A model generated the notes under the pieces. It saw nothing but the letters and a program-made list of their open reading frames with translations. It was not told the origin of the DNA and made no database searches. A program made the position numbers and the translations under genes. A stretch of DNA of 61,399 nt, filler included, from Globobulimina sp. (lineage: Eukaryota): assembly GCA_003354225.1 (NCBI GenBank). It is 23 parts of 23 records of this genome, joined end to end, with 100 filler letters (N's around TTAATTAATTAA, not from the genome) between each part and the next. Parts side by side here need not be neighbours in the genome. Positions count along the whole stretch, not along the records: positions 32,102 to 34,674 come from PIVH01005911.1; positions 34,775 to 37,347 come from PIVH01005912.1; positions 37,448 to 40,020 come from PIVH01005913.1; positions 40,121 to 42,693 come from PIVH01005914.1; positions 42,794 to 45,366 come from PIVH01005915.1; positions 45,467 to 48,039 come from PIVH01005916.1; 17 more parts are not named here. One strand, written 5' to 3'. This document shows, piece after piece, positions 34,354 through 46,649 of the stretch (position 1 is the first letter of the stretch; every line of letters begins with the position of its first letter).

Positions 34354-34674
34354 CCTAAGGGAAAGTGTACTTTTTGTACGCAACTGTATGCCTGAGTTAG
34401 CCTAAGGGAAAGTATACCTTTTTTACACGCAACTGTATGCCCGAGCTAGGCTAAGGGAAAGTGTACTTTTTACACGCAACTGTATGCCCGAGCTAGGCTA
34501 AGGGAAAGTGTACTTTTTGTACGCAACTTTACACCTGAGTTAGCCTAAAGGGAAAGTAGACCTTTTTTACCTGCAACTTTACGCCTGAGTTACCCTAAAG
34601 GGAAAGTATACCTTTTTTACATGCAACTTTACGCCCAGTATATTTCCGAAAAAAACATGGGCGTAAAGATGCAT
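34354..34674. repeat. Tandem array of about 47-50-bp units (6 copies) that inverts at the contig end
   Basis: Units CCTAAGGGAAAGTGTACTTTTT..CGCAACT.TA.GCC.GAG.TAG start at 34354, 34401, 34450, 34497, 34544 and 34594. 34621-34637 is the reverse complement (1 mismatch) of 34658-34674. Confidence 0.95.
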
Positions 34675-34774
34675 NNNNNNNNNNNNNNNNNNNNNNNNNN
34701 NNNNNNNNNNNNNNNNNNTTAATTAATTAANNNNNNNNNNNNNNNNNNNNNNNNNNNNNNNNNNNNNNNNNNNN

Positions 34775-35251
34775 AACCTTCAACATAATATTTTAGAGAA
34801 TGGATTATATATTAATGCATTGAATGGATTTGGGTATTATAGACATCCTGAAATATCCCATAACGAATTGGAGAAAATTAAAAATGAAATGATGTCTATA
34901 AAGAATATACAAAAACATTCGGTGAACAGATTTATTAATAAATTGGATAACAAATATCCGTCAGCTCCTTTAAGAAATGATTGTATTTATTATTCAATAA
35001 AAAATAGAGATGGCGTACAATGGCTTGTTGACAAAGACAGCAACAATTTACATAAGAAAGTGAATTGGTGTCACTTTGAGTGTACACAAATTCTTGATGT
35101 TGGTGTCGATGTCGATGTTGATGTTGATAAAGATGAAGATGAGAAAAAACAGTCAGTGCCACCATTATCAACAAATATAGAATGCTTTCACGAAATGACA
35201 TTTGTTGATCGGGTGCATGTGATCCAATATAAAATGTCACCAAATAAATGA
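34775..35251 (+). CDS. Hypothetical protein, C-terminal fragment
   Basis: About 150 aa frame near the contig start. No family recognised. Confidence 0.5.
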   Translation, partial: NLQHNILENGLYINALNGFGYYRHPEISHNELEKIKNEMMSIKNIQKHSVNRFINKLDNKYPSAPLRNDCIYYSIKNRDGVQWLVDKDSNNLHKKVNWCHFECTQILDVGVDVDVDVDKDEDEKKQSVPPLSTNIECFHEMTFVDRVHVIQYKMSPNK

Positions 35252-35401
35252 TTTCTCGACAGCACACACCAGAACTTTGCTATTTTTGCATGATAATTGT
35301 CATGAATTGTTTTTTTGTTGAAAAACGTTTAGTTGAATATAAAACGAGTGGCGGAACGTAGATCGGACATGATGTTTAACCAAACGTTTTTACAAAACAT
35401 G

Positions 35402-36622
35402 TCAATGGCCAATAATATCATGCTTTTGTGGCGTGTTGTTGTTATTTTGCCAAATATATTTTACAATTTCGTGGCTTGCCTCGCGAGGCGAAACTATATT
35501 GTCCATCACCTTCTTTTCAATTGGAATCAAATCTTTCTTCTTTGCATTGACATTTTCTTTGATATGCCTCCAAACATATTTCCACGTCGCAAATTTGCTT
35601 TGCTCCCTTCTGCATCGATCAAATTCCCCATTTGCTTCCATTTCCTTCCGAAATATTTCAATTTCCCTCCAAACATTCAGAACCGTATTCTCCTCCTCTG
35701 CATTGCTGCCATTTTTAAAACGCACAGACTGCGGCAAGCTTGAACACAAAACAATTTTCGGCTGCCATCCTATATTGGCACGTCGGTGCGTTTGCAGTAA
35801 GGCCAAAGCTCTCTGATAGTCATTTTTGATATGCTTCGCTTTGTGCGCCATCTCCGACGACGGATCCGCTTTATTCACAATAACCAAATCAGCCATTTCC
35901 AGAATGCCTCTTTTCAATCCTTGCAGCTCATCGCCAGACGTCGGCGTTATAATTAATACGAACATATCCACGCAGTGTGCGACCTCAATCTCGGCCTGGC
36001 CGACGCCCACTGTCTCTACGAATATGATATCAAAGCCGGCGGCTTCGCATAATGTGCACACTTCGAATGTTGTGTCGGTAACGCCACCCAACGACAGTCT
36101 GTTTGGTGACGGTCGGAGATATGCGGATTCCTTTTTAAATAAATCTAACATTCTCGCCTGATCGCCCAATATGGAGCCACCCGACAAAAATGAGGATGGG
36201 TCCACCGGCAATACACATATTTTATTATTAGACGCCGCATCGCATAGTTTGCAGCCTAGTTCGTTGACAAAAGTAGATTTCCCGGCGCCTGGCGGCCCAG
36301 TTATGCCGATACGAAATGATCTTTTCTCGCTTCTTCTGCTTTGCTGCGATGAATAAATGTGATTTAATAACAGTTGGGCTTGTTTGCAATGCCTCGCATT
36401 GGTGGACTCGACCAAGGTGATAGCACGCGATAAATCGCGCCGATTGCCTGACAACACACCTTCTGCAATGCGCATGACATCATCATCGGCAACCTTTGTC
36501 CTTAAAAAAGATCTGTCAATATCATGTATGTGCGCATGCCGGAATTGTGGAATACCATTAGGGTGGATCTGCTTTAATGTTGCTAGTAAAGAGCAATGTT
36601 TGAACACAGTTTTGCAGTGCAT
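35402..36622 (-). CDS. MMAA: Methylmalonyl-CoA mutase chaperone GTPase (MMAA/MeaB), mitochondrial
   Basis: LSRAITLVES, RIGITGPPGAGKST, VDPSS..SGGSILGD..RM, RPSP, ETVGVGQ.E, GDELQG.KRGILE, VNKAD. Likely start is MHCKTVFK at 36622. Confidence 0.95.
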   Translation of the reverse strand: MHCKTVFKHCSLLATLKQIHPNGIPQFRHAHIHDIDRSFLRTKVADDDVMRIAEGVLSGNRRDLSRAITLVESTNARHCKQAQLLLNHIYSSQQSRRSEKRSFRIGITGPPGAGKSTFVNELGCKLCDAASNNKICVLPVDPSSFLSGGSILGDQARMLDLFKKESAYLRPSPNRLSLGGVTDTTFEVCTLCEAAGFDIIFVETVGVGQAEIEVAHCVDMFVLIITPTSGDELQGLKRGILEMADLVIVNKADPSSEMAHKAKHIKNDYQRALALLQTHRRANIGWQPKIVLCSSLPQSVRFKNGSNAEEENTVLNVWREIEIFRKEMEANGEFDRCRREQSKFATWKYVWRHIKENVNAKKKDLIPIEKKVMDNIVSPREASHEIVKYIWQNNNNTPQKHDIIGH

Positions 36623-37447
36623 TTTGCGAATTTGGATGCAATTTTGTTTTTTTTGTAAGATCTTTCCTTCCGACAGAGGATTAAAGACGCCGAGCAACAA
36701 ATAATTAAATCCAGCAACGTTGTTTCGTCCAATCATACACAAACAACAAATTCGAACAACTTTCATGGGATAACACTGCGTCAAATGGCGTACATCATTC
36801 ACAAGTCACAACAATTACAAATTGCTTGTTATTTATTCGTAAACCAACCCAACATAAAAAAAGAGCATTCAAACAAAAAAATCTCAACATCTCAATAAAA
36901 AACTTATAAATCAATCGCATATTAATGTAGCACATATAAAAAAGCAATTATTCAAATTGAGCAGATAAAATATTACACATTTTACCAAACAAATATATTC
37001 TGAGACATGAATAAAAAACATAACTATAGCTAATCGTATCAAGTATCAACAAACGACGTATTATCTATCTGCTGAAACAAACGACATATTTTACGACGTA
37101 TTATGTACTTATTCCATTTGTGGAAATGTAATCGCATCGCTGTGGTTAAGTGGCGTTTCTCATCGCGTGCGATTAAACGGTGTATTCTGGATTTGCAGCT
37201 GTTAACACCGAGGGTTACAACATTAACCATAAGTTGCTTGTGAATATATACTTGCTGGAATTGCAACACATAAACCATTTTCCGATTGGATTTGATCGAA
37301 ACAAGAAAGCCAGAAACATAAATGTATGCACTTCTCATCAGCCAATANNNNNNNNNNNNNNNNNNNNNNNNNNNNNNNNNNNNNNNNNNNNTTAATTAAT
37401 TAANNNNNNNNNNNNNNNNNNNNNNNNNNNNNNNNNNNNNNNNNNNN

Positions 37448-38634
37448 TTTCTCTTCACCATCAGCACATCCGCAATTTCAGCATCTTATCAGCCGAACAT
37501 GATCCACATGCACGGTTGAAACGGAAACGAATGAAAAAACTCCGCGGTAAAAAACGTATAAAAGCCCATCGAAAACGATTAATAAAATCCTTAAATGTAT
37601 TGTTTCATCCATCACTCAAAAAATCACCTATTATAAACACTAAACTTAAAGAAACACCAAAGAGTGATACGAAATCATTAACTGCTTCCTATTCATCTAA
37701 ATTTGATAAAATCAACCAATCATTAACTTTGGATAAACTTAGTGATTATATCGATATTTTATACGTGGATCAAAATATAATCGCAGTCAATAAATTTGCA
37801 GGAATTCTGACAGCCAAAGCAAATGATAACACATTGGACATGCAAAACCTATTAAAATCGTATATATTCAGACACAGAAATTTCAGAGATTGGAGGCGAT
37901 ATTTATTCAAATCAATATTTGATAAATTTACAAAAATGGAACCATTCGTTGGTGTGTTACACAGATTAGATAAATGCACATCGGGTATTACCATATATGC
38001 CAGACACGAAAATTCAAAAAAATCTATGATTCAATTATTCAGTCAACATAAAGTAAAAAAAACATACATTGCGGTGATTAAAGGCCAACCTCCGAAAAAA
38101 TCCGATGATTTGCAACATTATATTGCGACTACTAATTTTCCTGTGGTTAAAATTGTAAATATGGAGCAATTCAAGAAACTAAATCAAAGTGTTTCTAATC
38201 CGGAGAATAATGATTCAGACATTGATGATGATAATGATGAGGATGTGGAAGAAGCGGACATTGTTAGTCTGAAAAAAGAGGGTGAAAAATTGAAATGGAA
38301 GAAAGCAAGATTACATTATAGACATTTACAAACATTCACATATCAGAGACAGGAATATAGTGTGTTGAGAGTGCAATGTTACACAGGAAGACAGCATCAG
38401 GTCAGAGCACAATTGTCAGCAGAAAAGATGGCAGTGATTGGTGATACGAGATATAAGTGCCGGATACCGTTTATTCCAAATAAGAATGAAGATGCTGTTG
38501 CATTGCATGCGTGGTTATTGGAGTATAAGTGTCCGTTTAGTGGAGAAATGAAAAGTATGGAAGCGCCATTGCCTGATTATTGGAATGATAGGTTTGGATC
38601 ACAAATACATACGGATGTGTTTGATCATTTGTAA
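37448..38634 (+). CDS. RluA-family RNA pseudouridine synthase, 5' partial
   Basis: IIAVNKFAGI, catalytic HRLDKCTSG, KTYIA, TGRQHQVRAQL, IGD.RY, LHA. Confidence 0.93.
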
Positions 38635-38932
38635 ATTGTAACAGTATATATAACTTCCAAATTGTATCAATAATAACATAGTAAACATACATGGATCGGA
38701 CTTAACTACTATTTTTTTTGCCTGTTTTTTTATTTGTTCGGATTTATAGTTATGATGGTCTTGTTGGTCAATAGTTAGTGTACAAATCCGAAAACAAAAC
38801 AAACTGAGTTGTAAAATAAATGTGTTATCAAATTGTGAAAATAATAGACATGCTCACCAGCTAATAAACTTTAGATAATTAAATAATACAAAAAAACAAA
38901 TTTTCAGCACCCACATTGGTAAAATATGTATA

Positions 38933-40020
38933 TTATGTTCTTGTTCTCTTCATTGGATTGGTATTTTCTATGTTTTCAATATCCTCATCATATTCCTTCC
39001 TACTTCTTTTTTTTTTATTTCTTGGTTTAACATTTTCATTTTTTCCAATTCCATTTCCATTTTTTGATTTATTATTTTGATCATGTATTTGTTTTAACGC
39101 TGTTGTTTTTTTATATGGTTGTTGAAGATCAATATCTTCGCTGTCGAATTCATCTGTTTCAGAAAAAATATGCCTTGAACCAAAACCAAATCCTAAAAAT
39201 ATTAAATAAATTATACATTTGCAATCAATCAAAAATAGATAAAGGAACCTGATAAATTATTATTTTTCTTTGTTGTTTGATTGAAAACGTTGCTCATTGA
39301 ATGTGAATGTTCATGACTACAACGATGACAATTGAATACATCCAAAGTATCATCATCGATATCATCATCACCTATTTCATGTTTATCATGTTTACATTTT
39401 GATATTCTCACTGTTGTTTGAAGACCAATATCCTCAAAATATTCATTCCATTTCGGATTTACATGATTACAATCAACAAACTGTTGTTTTAAATTATTAT
39501 TTTTCTCCCTATCATTGATATCTATTTCAACTGTATCAAACCATGGATGTTTTAATAATCGAACCGCATTCAATCTTTTATGAGGATCTAACTGTAACAT
39601 TTTCTGAAATAAAAACCAAACACATCTTAAAAACAGCATAATACAAATTATAAAAACACTAAACTTTAAGCAAATCACATGCAAACTGATCATTACTTAG
39701 ATTTCCCATTTCATTTTCAAATTTAATACCTTTAAATCTGGGGAATTTAAAATTAAAATGTTTAAGTCTGTTAAGTGAATTACTATCATTGATATTTGGT
39801 GTGCCGTGAAATTGAAATATTTCCATAATTAATTCCCATTCAGTATATGCAGTAAATAATGCATCACCTCTTGCCATTTCCGCAATAATTAAACCTAAAC
39901 TCCAAATGTCGACTTTACCGCAATATAATTGTGTACCTAATAATAATTCTGGTGCTCGATACCATAAAGTTACAATTTCCGGCGTTAATTCGTTGAGTGG
40001 TACTTGGTGTTCTCACCCTA
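38933..40020 (-). CDS. Cyclin-dependent kinase, C-terminal half (5' partial)
   Basis: TPEIVTLWYRAPELLLG..Y..KVDIWSLG, IFQFHGTP, DLLK|KMLQLDP.KR...LKHPWF. Introns at 39604-39664 and 39193-39248. Basic NLS-like tail. Confidence 0.92.
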
Positions 40021-40120
40021 NNNNNNNNNNNNNNNNNNNNNNNNNNNNNNNNNNNNNNNNNNNNTTAATTAATTAANNNNNNNNNNNNNNNNNNNNNNNN
40101 NNNNNNNNNNNNNNNNNNNN

Positions 40121-40550
40121 CTTTTGTTTTTGTTTACAAGAAAATATGAGAAAGTTAAAAACAATTGCAACTGAAATAGAAAGTCGTTTACCCCATAAAT
40201 ATGAAACCAGAAACTGACAAAACATAAATGATGCGTTTAGTAATGATGAATAAATTCCTAACATATTTGGTCGAATTCCAAAATCTCGACCTATCTCATT
40301 TGTGATCAACAAAATGGAATTGGATAAGATGTAGCTAGATATACATATTTCTTCTTAACACATGAATACAACCATCGGAAATAACACAGTCATTTGATAA
40401 GCTTCACTAAGTTGTACAAAAAAAGCAGTCACTATTTATTATATACACATTAGTTCATTAAAACATTAATAGTACCGGGCGTTAGAATTACATACATAAT
40501 TTCTTCTTTGTTAATAATTGTGGTGTTTTTGGCGCTGACATTCTTTGCAT
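40121..40550 (-). CDS. MFS transporter (ZIFL/TETRAN-like), first three exons
   Basis: Spliced reading MQRMSAPK..KKL|LTAFFVQLSEAYQMTVLFPMVVFM|CRDFGIRPNMLGIYSSLLNASFMFCQFLVSYLWG via GTATGT..ATAG and GTTAAG..ATAG introns. Confidence 0.75.
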
Positions 40551-41734
40551 TGTAGAAGACGCTTTTTTTTTGAATTTTTGTAGACAATTTTTCACAAATC
40601 AGGACAACAAATTAACAGGTTTTTCACAAATCAGGATCTACGTAGAAATGGATTTATACATATTTTCATAATCATTGTCGTTCATGTTTTAGGATCCATA
40701 GACTTTTGGGTTTTTGGAACTTTGCGATTCTTCTGTCCCGCTGCCACAGTTGTGAAGTTTTGGCGCTGGTCAACACTTCATTTGTTTTTAAACTTTTTTA
40801 ATCTTTTTGAAATCTTTTGAAAGCGTCGACGTCAAACAAATCTTTGCCAAACAAATGTTAGAAATCAGTTATCCCATCACCTAGGAACTGAATCCACCGA
40901 ATCTCGCGGGACTTGACAAGAAATATCATGATTTATGCATTAAAAGTATGTATACACTGTCAGACAGCATATTGCGTTTCTAATAATTTTTGGACATTTA
41001 TTATGGCGCATTATACACGATGTAAATGTCAAGTGAATGGATGTAATGGTTTATTTAGTGATACACATCGATATACGATGCATAAATAAACAATCAAAGC
41101 AAGCCAAACCATCGTATAACAAGAATAAGAATGTGAATGTGAATGATAATGTGGATGATTGGTATTACATATTCATCGCAAGCAGAGTCATTGCGGATTG
41201 ACATACTAAGAATCTGAAGGAAATGGTTATAAACATTTTGTGAATTGTATTGGAGTGATGATTTGGATAAATTTGATAGCAACAAAATATGGGTAGAATT
41301 GCGTGTAATGCGAATATGAATAGAAATAATAATAGCAATGCAATATTATTGGATGAATCTGTCAATAAATGTATTGCCTTTTGTTTGGAGTACTATTTGT
41401 GTCTGGTTTTGTTGTTGTTCAGGTGGTTCCGTTATTAATGTGTAATATATTAAAATTATTAGTAAGGATTAAGGAATGTTGAGAGTGCGTCAGTGCGATA
41501 TATGATGGAAACAATATAGTTGATTACATCTACAAAATATTCTGAGATGTATACAAATGGAACGAGTAATAAATAATTAAGTTTCTTGTCAAGAACCGCG
41601 AAAATATGATTAAAGTGTCTAAATATTCATTGGTAATCGATCCATAACATAATATTTGATATTTCCATTTTTTTTGACAATTTTTGTCGTATAAACGCAT
41701 TGTAGTATGTTCAAAGTACTTCAAAATACTTCAA

Positions 41735-42133
41735 AGTAGATGGTCAAATTATGCTGTTTTTCACAACTGTGCTCCAGTTACCACTTCAGATTTATCCAAA
41801 ATTGCGAAGAAAATTGCCATTGTTTCTGGCTCTCCACAACGTGATCTCTCCCGTTTTACCGCCTATTCATTTCGCATTGGCGGCGCTACTCTCTCCGATA
41901 TGCAATTAATTCCACAGCCAAAATTATTGAAATTCGTTGGCTGGAAACCATCCAATTTACCACATGTTTCCTACCGATATATCCGATACAATGAAGATGA
42001 TTTCCGGATCTTTATTTTCGAATTGCTCCATGGATCTGTCACAAAACGCAATTCTCCGCCACTCACTACTTTCCATATTACTTCTGCCGTAACTGATCCT
42101 TGGCATACTGACTATAAATATGACTTTCTTTAG
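41735..42133 (+). mobile_element. Tyrosine recombinase C-terminal fragment (DIRS/Ngaro- or Crypton-type)
   Basis: YSFRIGGAT (HSxRxGxAT box), VGWK and YRYIR with the catalytic Tyr. The N-terminal part is missing from this frame. Confidence 0.8.
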
Positions 42134-42793
42134 ATCCTTCTTTGCTTTCCATGATCTTTGTCAAAAGTCAGTCTTAGGTGCTCAAGTTTTTCTACTTTTA
42201 CATTTTTAAAAAGCAAAAACACTTTCCCTTCTTTTTTAAATACTCTTTCAATTTTCTCTACGTTCTCTGCATTCCTTCATTTAAAATGTTTCTTTGCGGC
42301 CACGTAAAATTTTAAACAGCAAATTGAGCCTTACGGGATATGGGGTTTATATATGTTATTATTGTTTGTAATTTGTTGTTTACTGTCAACAAAATAACAA
42401 TCAATCCAAAATAAATTTAATTTAAATTATACAATTATTTCTCCCGTTAGCTCGTAAAAAATAAAAGTTATTCACACTTGCAAAAACTTGAAATTAAAAA
42501 ACACTACAATATTTCCAAATTAATAATATAGTGATTGAGATTACTAAATAATCAAAATATTAAAACAACACTGCCGGCCTGGAGATAACAAAACATGTAC
42601 TTTAGAAATTTGAATAGGACGTGATCTCTTCACCAAGCTCCAACATGTGCGAATTTCGAATGTGATCTGATGACTTGCGAATGTGCGAATTTCNNNNNNN
42701 NNNNNNNNNNNNNNNNNNNNNNNNNNNNNNNNNNNNNTTAATTAATTAANNNNNNNNNNNNNNNNNNNNNNNNNNNNNNNNNNNNNNNNNNNN

Positions 42794-45014
42794 ATAGTCA
42801 CAAATATATAAATTATAATCTTTGCTTTTTCTTTGATTGTTTTTAATTTTTCGGAAGCTTTCACCACATTGACATTGATATATAATTTTATTTTGATCAT
42901 TTTCTGCAATATTATAAATATTTTTATATACTATATTACGACTAAATATACCCTTCATATTTTCAAATGTACCGTGATATTTTGTGTTTTTAATAAATAT
43001 TTTTAAATGTGTAGGGTCACCAACTCTACTACATGCAACATACAATTGCCCATGACTAAAAACAGGTTCTGGCAAAAAAATGCCAACAAATTGTAATGTT
43101 TGTCCTTGGCTTTTATTGATAGTCATTGCAAATGATAATTTGACAGGGAATTGTCGACGTATAAATTCAATAGGGAAATTTTTGGTGCGTTTTGATGTCA
43201 TTTGAATTCGAGGAATATAATATATATTACCCTTTTTAGGACCATTTATAATTTGTGCAGTAATCAAATATTTGCAAAATGAAATAACTTTTAACCTTGT
43301 ACCATTACAGACTCCACTTTCAGGATCTAAATTCCTAAGAATCATTATTATACAATTCTTTTTTAACTTGATAGCTGAAGCTGGCATTCCTGGTGGTTTA
43401 AAACCTTTTAAAACCTTTGGACTATATGGTGAAACAATGTTACTTATTGTATTAAGATCAGCACTATCTAATGGTGCGCAATCAGGTTCAACCATTTTAT
43501 TCAAAATAATTTTGTTTATATTATCAACATCCTTATTTTTTGGTGTTAAAATAGCATGCAAACTAAAATATTTTGAATAATTATTTGAATTGAATGGAAA
43601 AATTTCTTCTATAAATTCGTCGATGTTATTTGCTTTAGATATCCATTCTGTGGGTAATTTAATAAAATCTGAACCTAAAGTTTTATTTATTGTAAATGTA
43701 CCATCACCGATATTCTCTAAATCTTTCGCAAACTTTTGTAATTTTTGTCTTTTTTTTGGATTGTTATTATATTGTTGTTTTACTCTTTCATTTGTTGATA
43801 ATGTAAAAATGTTTACATGTTTCCATAAAAATGAACATTTTCACGTTGAATTTATTATTTGTCTTTTTGAAGCATATGGTATTACTGGTGTAACTTGTCT
43901 AAAATCTCCGCACATCATTAATATTTTACCTCCTAATATTTCTTTTGAACTTAGAATATCTTGAAAAGATCTATTTAAACAATGTAAAATATCTTTATTG
44001 GCCATAGGAGCTTCATCCCAAATTATAACCTTGCATCTTCGAATTAATTGGGCAGTTACATTATTTGTTCTTTTTGAAATGTCACATACAGAATTTCTAG
44101 TTACTTCAAGAGGAATTTTGAATCTACTGTGTAAAGTTCTACCACCAGATAATAACAAAGCAGCTATTCCACTAAATGCAGTAGCTAATGCAATATCGCC
44201 AAAACTTCTAACTCTAGCTAATATAGTATTTGCAACCAATGTTTTACCTGTTCCACCTAATGCATCTAAGAAAAATATATTAGAGATAGTATTTGTAATG
44301 GTTTGATATTTGTTTGGATAAATTTTGCTCATAATACATTGATAGAAATATTCTTGTTCTTTGTTGAATAACATTTCATTTGTAGTTGCAAGTTTATTAC
44401 AATTAGCTTTATCATAATTTAATTCCATTCTTATTTCTTTAGGAATATTTATATATTGTTGAGGTTGAGGTAAATCAAAATCGTCTAAGTTTTTATTTTT
44501 TAATTTTAAATTTTGTTCTATATCAAGTAACGCTTCATCAAACATTTTTTCTTCAAAATCTAAATATCTGTTATGTTGTTTCCTTCTATATTTTAGTAAT
44601 ATATCTTCTGTTAAATATTTTTTATGTGATTCCCATAATATTAAAGGTTCGACTGGTTCGCAAAAAACTAAAATAGTACAGAATAACTTCCTTAAACGTT
44701 TACCTGATTGTATTTTTTCTGCTGCTGTCAAGCATCTATCCCATTCTTTATCATCTTGTAATAAACCAAGTTCTTTACATGCTTGTTTGTATGTTTCATG
44801 TGTTTTTTTCTTAACAGTTTTTAGGTCATCCCAAGAAGTTGCTCCTGTTCTATGTACTAATAATAAGTTTAAATAGTATCGTTCTCCTTCTGTTGGACTT
44901 GCTGTGTAAATACGTCCTACACATGGTGTTTTTTGTAAGTTTTTTCTTCTTTTCCATACTTTAGTTGTTTTATTCCAAGTATAATATTCAGGATATTGAT
45001 AGTAAAATAACTCA
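42794..45014 (-). mobile_element. Helitron RepHel, Pif1 helicase region, with one in-frame TGA (43841-43843)
   Basis: YPEYYTW..W..R, GERYYLNLLL..G.TSW.DL, ACKELGLLQDDKEW, GGTGKT, SGIAALLLSGGRTLHSRF, WDEAPM, GDFRQVTPV, RNL....CNGTRL, RRQFP...FAMTINKSQGQT, VFSHGQLYVACSRV. Confidence 0.95.
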
Positions 45015-45016
45015 TA

Positions 45017-45366
45017 CAGTGGTAACTCCTATAAGAGGAAGAATCATACAAATGATCATAATGTATGACTACAGAAGTCTGGGCGACCTTTCCCAGGCAA
45101 AATGTGATCCTACATTATAGAATTTATGATTTTATGATTTTATGATCACTGTATGATCATGTATGATCATGTATGATTATATGTATGATCATATTTATGT
45201 ATGATCATGCAGTACCAAGGAGCGTTTTTTTTTTCCACCAAACTGAGCTAAAATGGGCGAACAAGTACGAGGTCAATGCCTCGTCGTCCCCGAGTGTTCA
45301 AACACAGCACAAATAGCCGGTCCATCCTCCAAATCCTCACAATGAAACAGCTCCAAATCCACACAA
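45017..45366. mobile_element. Putative Tc1/mariner-pogo-type non-autonomous element inserted into the Helitron ORF
   Basis: Helitron homology ends abruptly at TA (45015-45016) followed by CAGTGG. The interior has ATGATC/ATGATT micro-repeats (45125-45208). The other end is not in the contig. Confidence 0.5.
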
Positions 45367-45466
45367 NNNNNNNNNNNNNNNNNNNNNNNNNNNNNNNNNN
45401 NNNNNNNNNNTTAATTAATTAANNNNNNNNNNNNNNNNNNNNNNNNNNNNNNNNNNNNNNNNNNNN

Positions 45467-46371
45467 TATGCAAGAAACAATATGGCAGCGTCAGGGATAA
45501 CGCGTGCCAACTTTGCAGATAATCCAAAATAAAACCTTGCTATCCCTCCTTGCCGGTAATTGATTTTTATACACTCAAAAACGTTGCTATACATAGCCAT
45601 GCCCTCTGCAGACTGTACCTGAAGCATCCTCCGTATCGTATCAGTTGGGTACGTTGCAATGCCCGCACAAGCACCGGCGAGCGCGCCTGCACACAACTTG
45701 CCAAATGGATGGGGTTCGTGGCCATATTTGGTTGAAATAGTGGGTATTTTATCTCTAGCAACGCTATAAACGCCAATCCTCGCGGCTTCATAGGGCACCG
45801 CACCAATAAGAGTGACCCCTAAGCCTCGGTACAATCCAAATATTCCCTTGTCTTCCATCAGATGCTTTCCTATGCTAAACATTGAACTCCTCCTTTTATC
45901 AAATGTTCCCGATAAGTATGCGCGAATTACATCGATTGGGTATGTTGCTGCTGTTGCTATCAAACCAGAGAACGCTCCGGTTACAAATGCGGATAATTGA
46001 TAAACTTGTAATTTCTCATTGACTGTGAATAGTATGGATTTGTGCGGAAATACGCGAACACAATTCACAAAATTGCCTCTCCACAATCCTTTGATTCCAT
46101 CACCACGCAATATACGCTTCAATGTGCCCTTGATTGTATCATGTGTGGCACCTTAATGATGTTTCATTGTATACACGAATATGTTTTCACGATTGCAGTA
46201 CAAATCAGATATGCTTTCATTGTTATACAATATACCTGTTTGGTTCAACATTTGCACTCTTTCTAATGGAGCTGTGCAAGTTTTGGAGATCATTCCAGCA
46301 AAACCACCACTGAGAATAGTTTTGTACGTTTTTGGGATGTGTCTTTTCTGCGGAGACGACATGGTGTTCAT
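45467..46371 (-). CDS. Mitochondrial carrier (SLC25), CoA/adenine-nucleotide-type subgroup, 3' partial
   Basis: Three carrier motifs TAPLERVQ, TYPIDVIR and TYPTDTIRR, plus GLWRGN..NCVR and GLYRG. An 84-nt intron lies at 46152-46235. Confidence 0.93.
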
Positions 46372-46649
46372 GCTAAAACAAAAAAGTTTTTTGTATTTAT
46401 AATCTGCAACATCATGGGCGAAATTAAAACATAGAATGTGGTATATTCAGCAATTTGTGCAACGACAGGCGATGGACTGTACGAAGGCTGTGATTGGTAT
46501 CAATATCAGCGGTTATGTCCGTGAATTTTATGATTGTGAAGCAATTAATTAAATAAATTAAGTTATTCATATAAATTCTTTGGAGAATTATACTTTAAAT
46601 AACGATATTGAGCCTGATACGTTAGAATGACAAACCAATGACAAGTCTC

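Noticed and set aside
34593-34602. CCCTAAA as telomeric repeat
   Set aside because: It is a single occurrence inside a 50-bp unit, not a tandem telomere tract.
34354-34674. CRISPR array or retron/DGR-type partner of the RT
   Set aside because: Units repeat along their whole length with no spacers. The RT has PLE thumb motifs and lacks retron VTG/NAxxH or DGR signatures.
35433-36704. Many antisense or overlapping short ORFs here and throughout the window
   Set aside because: They are shadows of real genes on the opposite strand with no motifs of their own.
36623-36802. 60-aa N-terminal extension of MMAA in the ORF track
   Set aside because: It starts at GTG and is not conserved-looking. The ATG at 36622 gives a normal presequence.
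42646-42693. CTGATGA...GAA as a hammerhead ribozyme
   Set aside because: There is no convincing stem II, GAAT replaces GAAA, and it sits in a short TGCGAAT repeat truncated by the contig end.
43841-43843. Alternative genetic code (TGA reassigned)
   Set aside because: TGA terminates COX10, ENT and MMAA at sensible positions, and conserved Trp residues use TGG.
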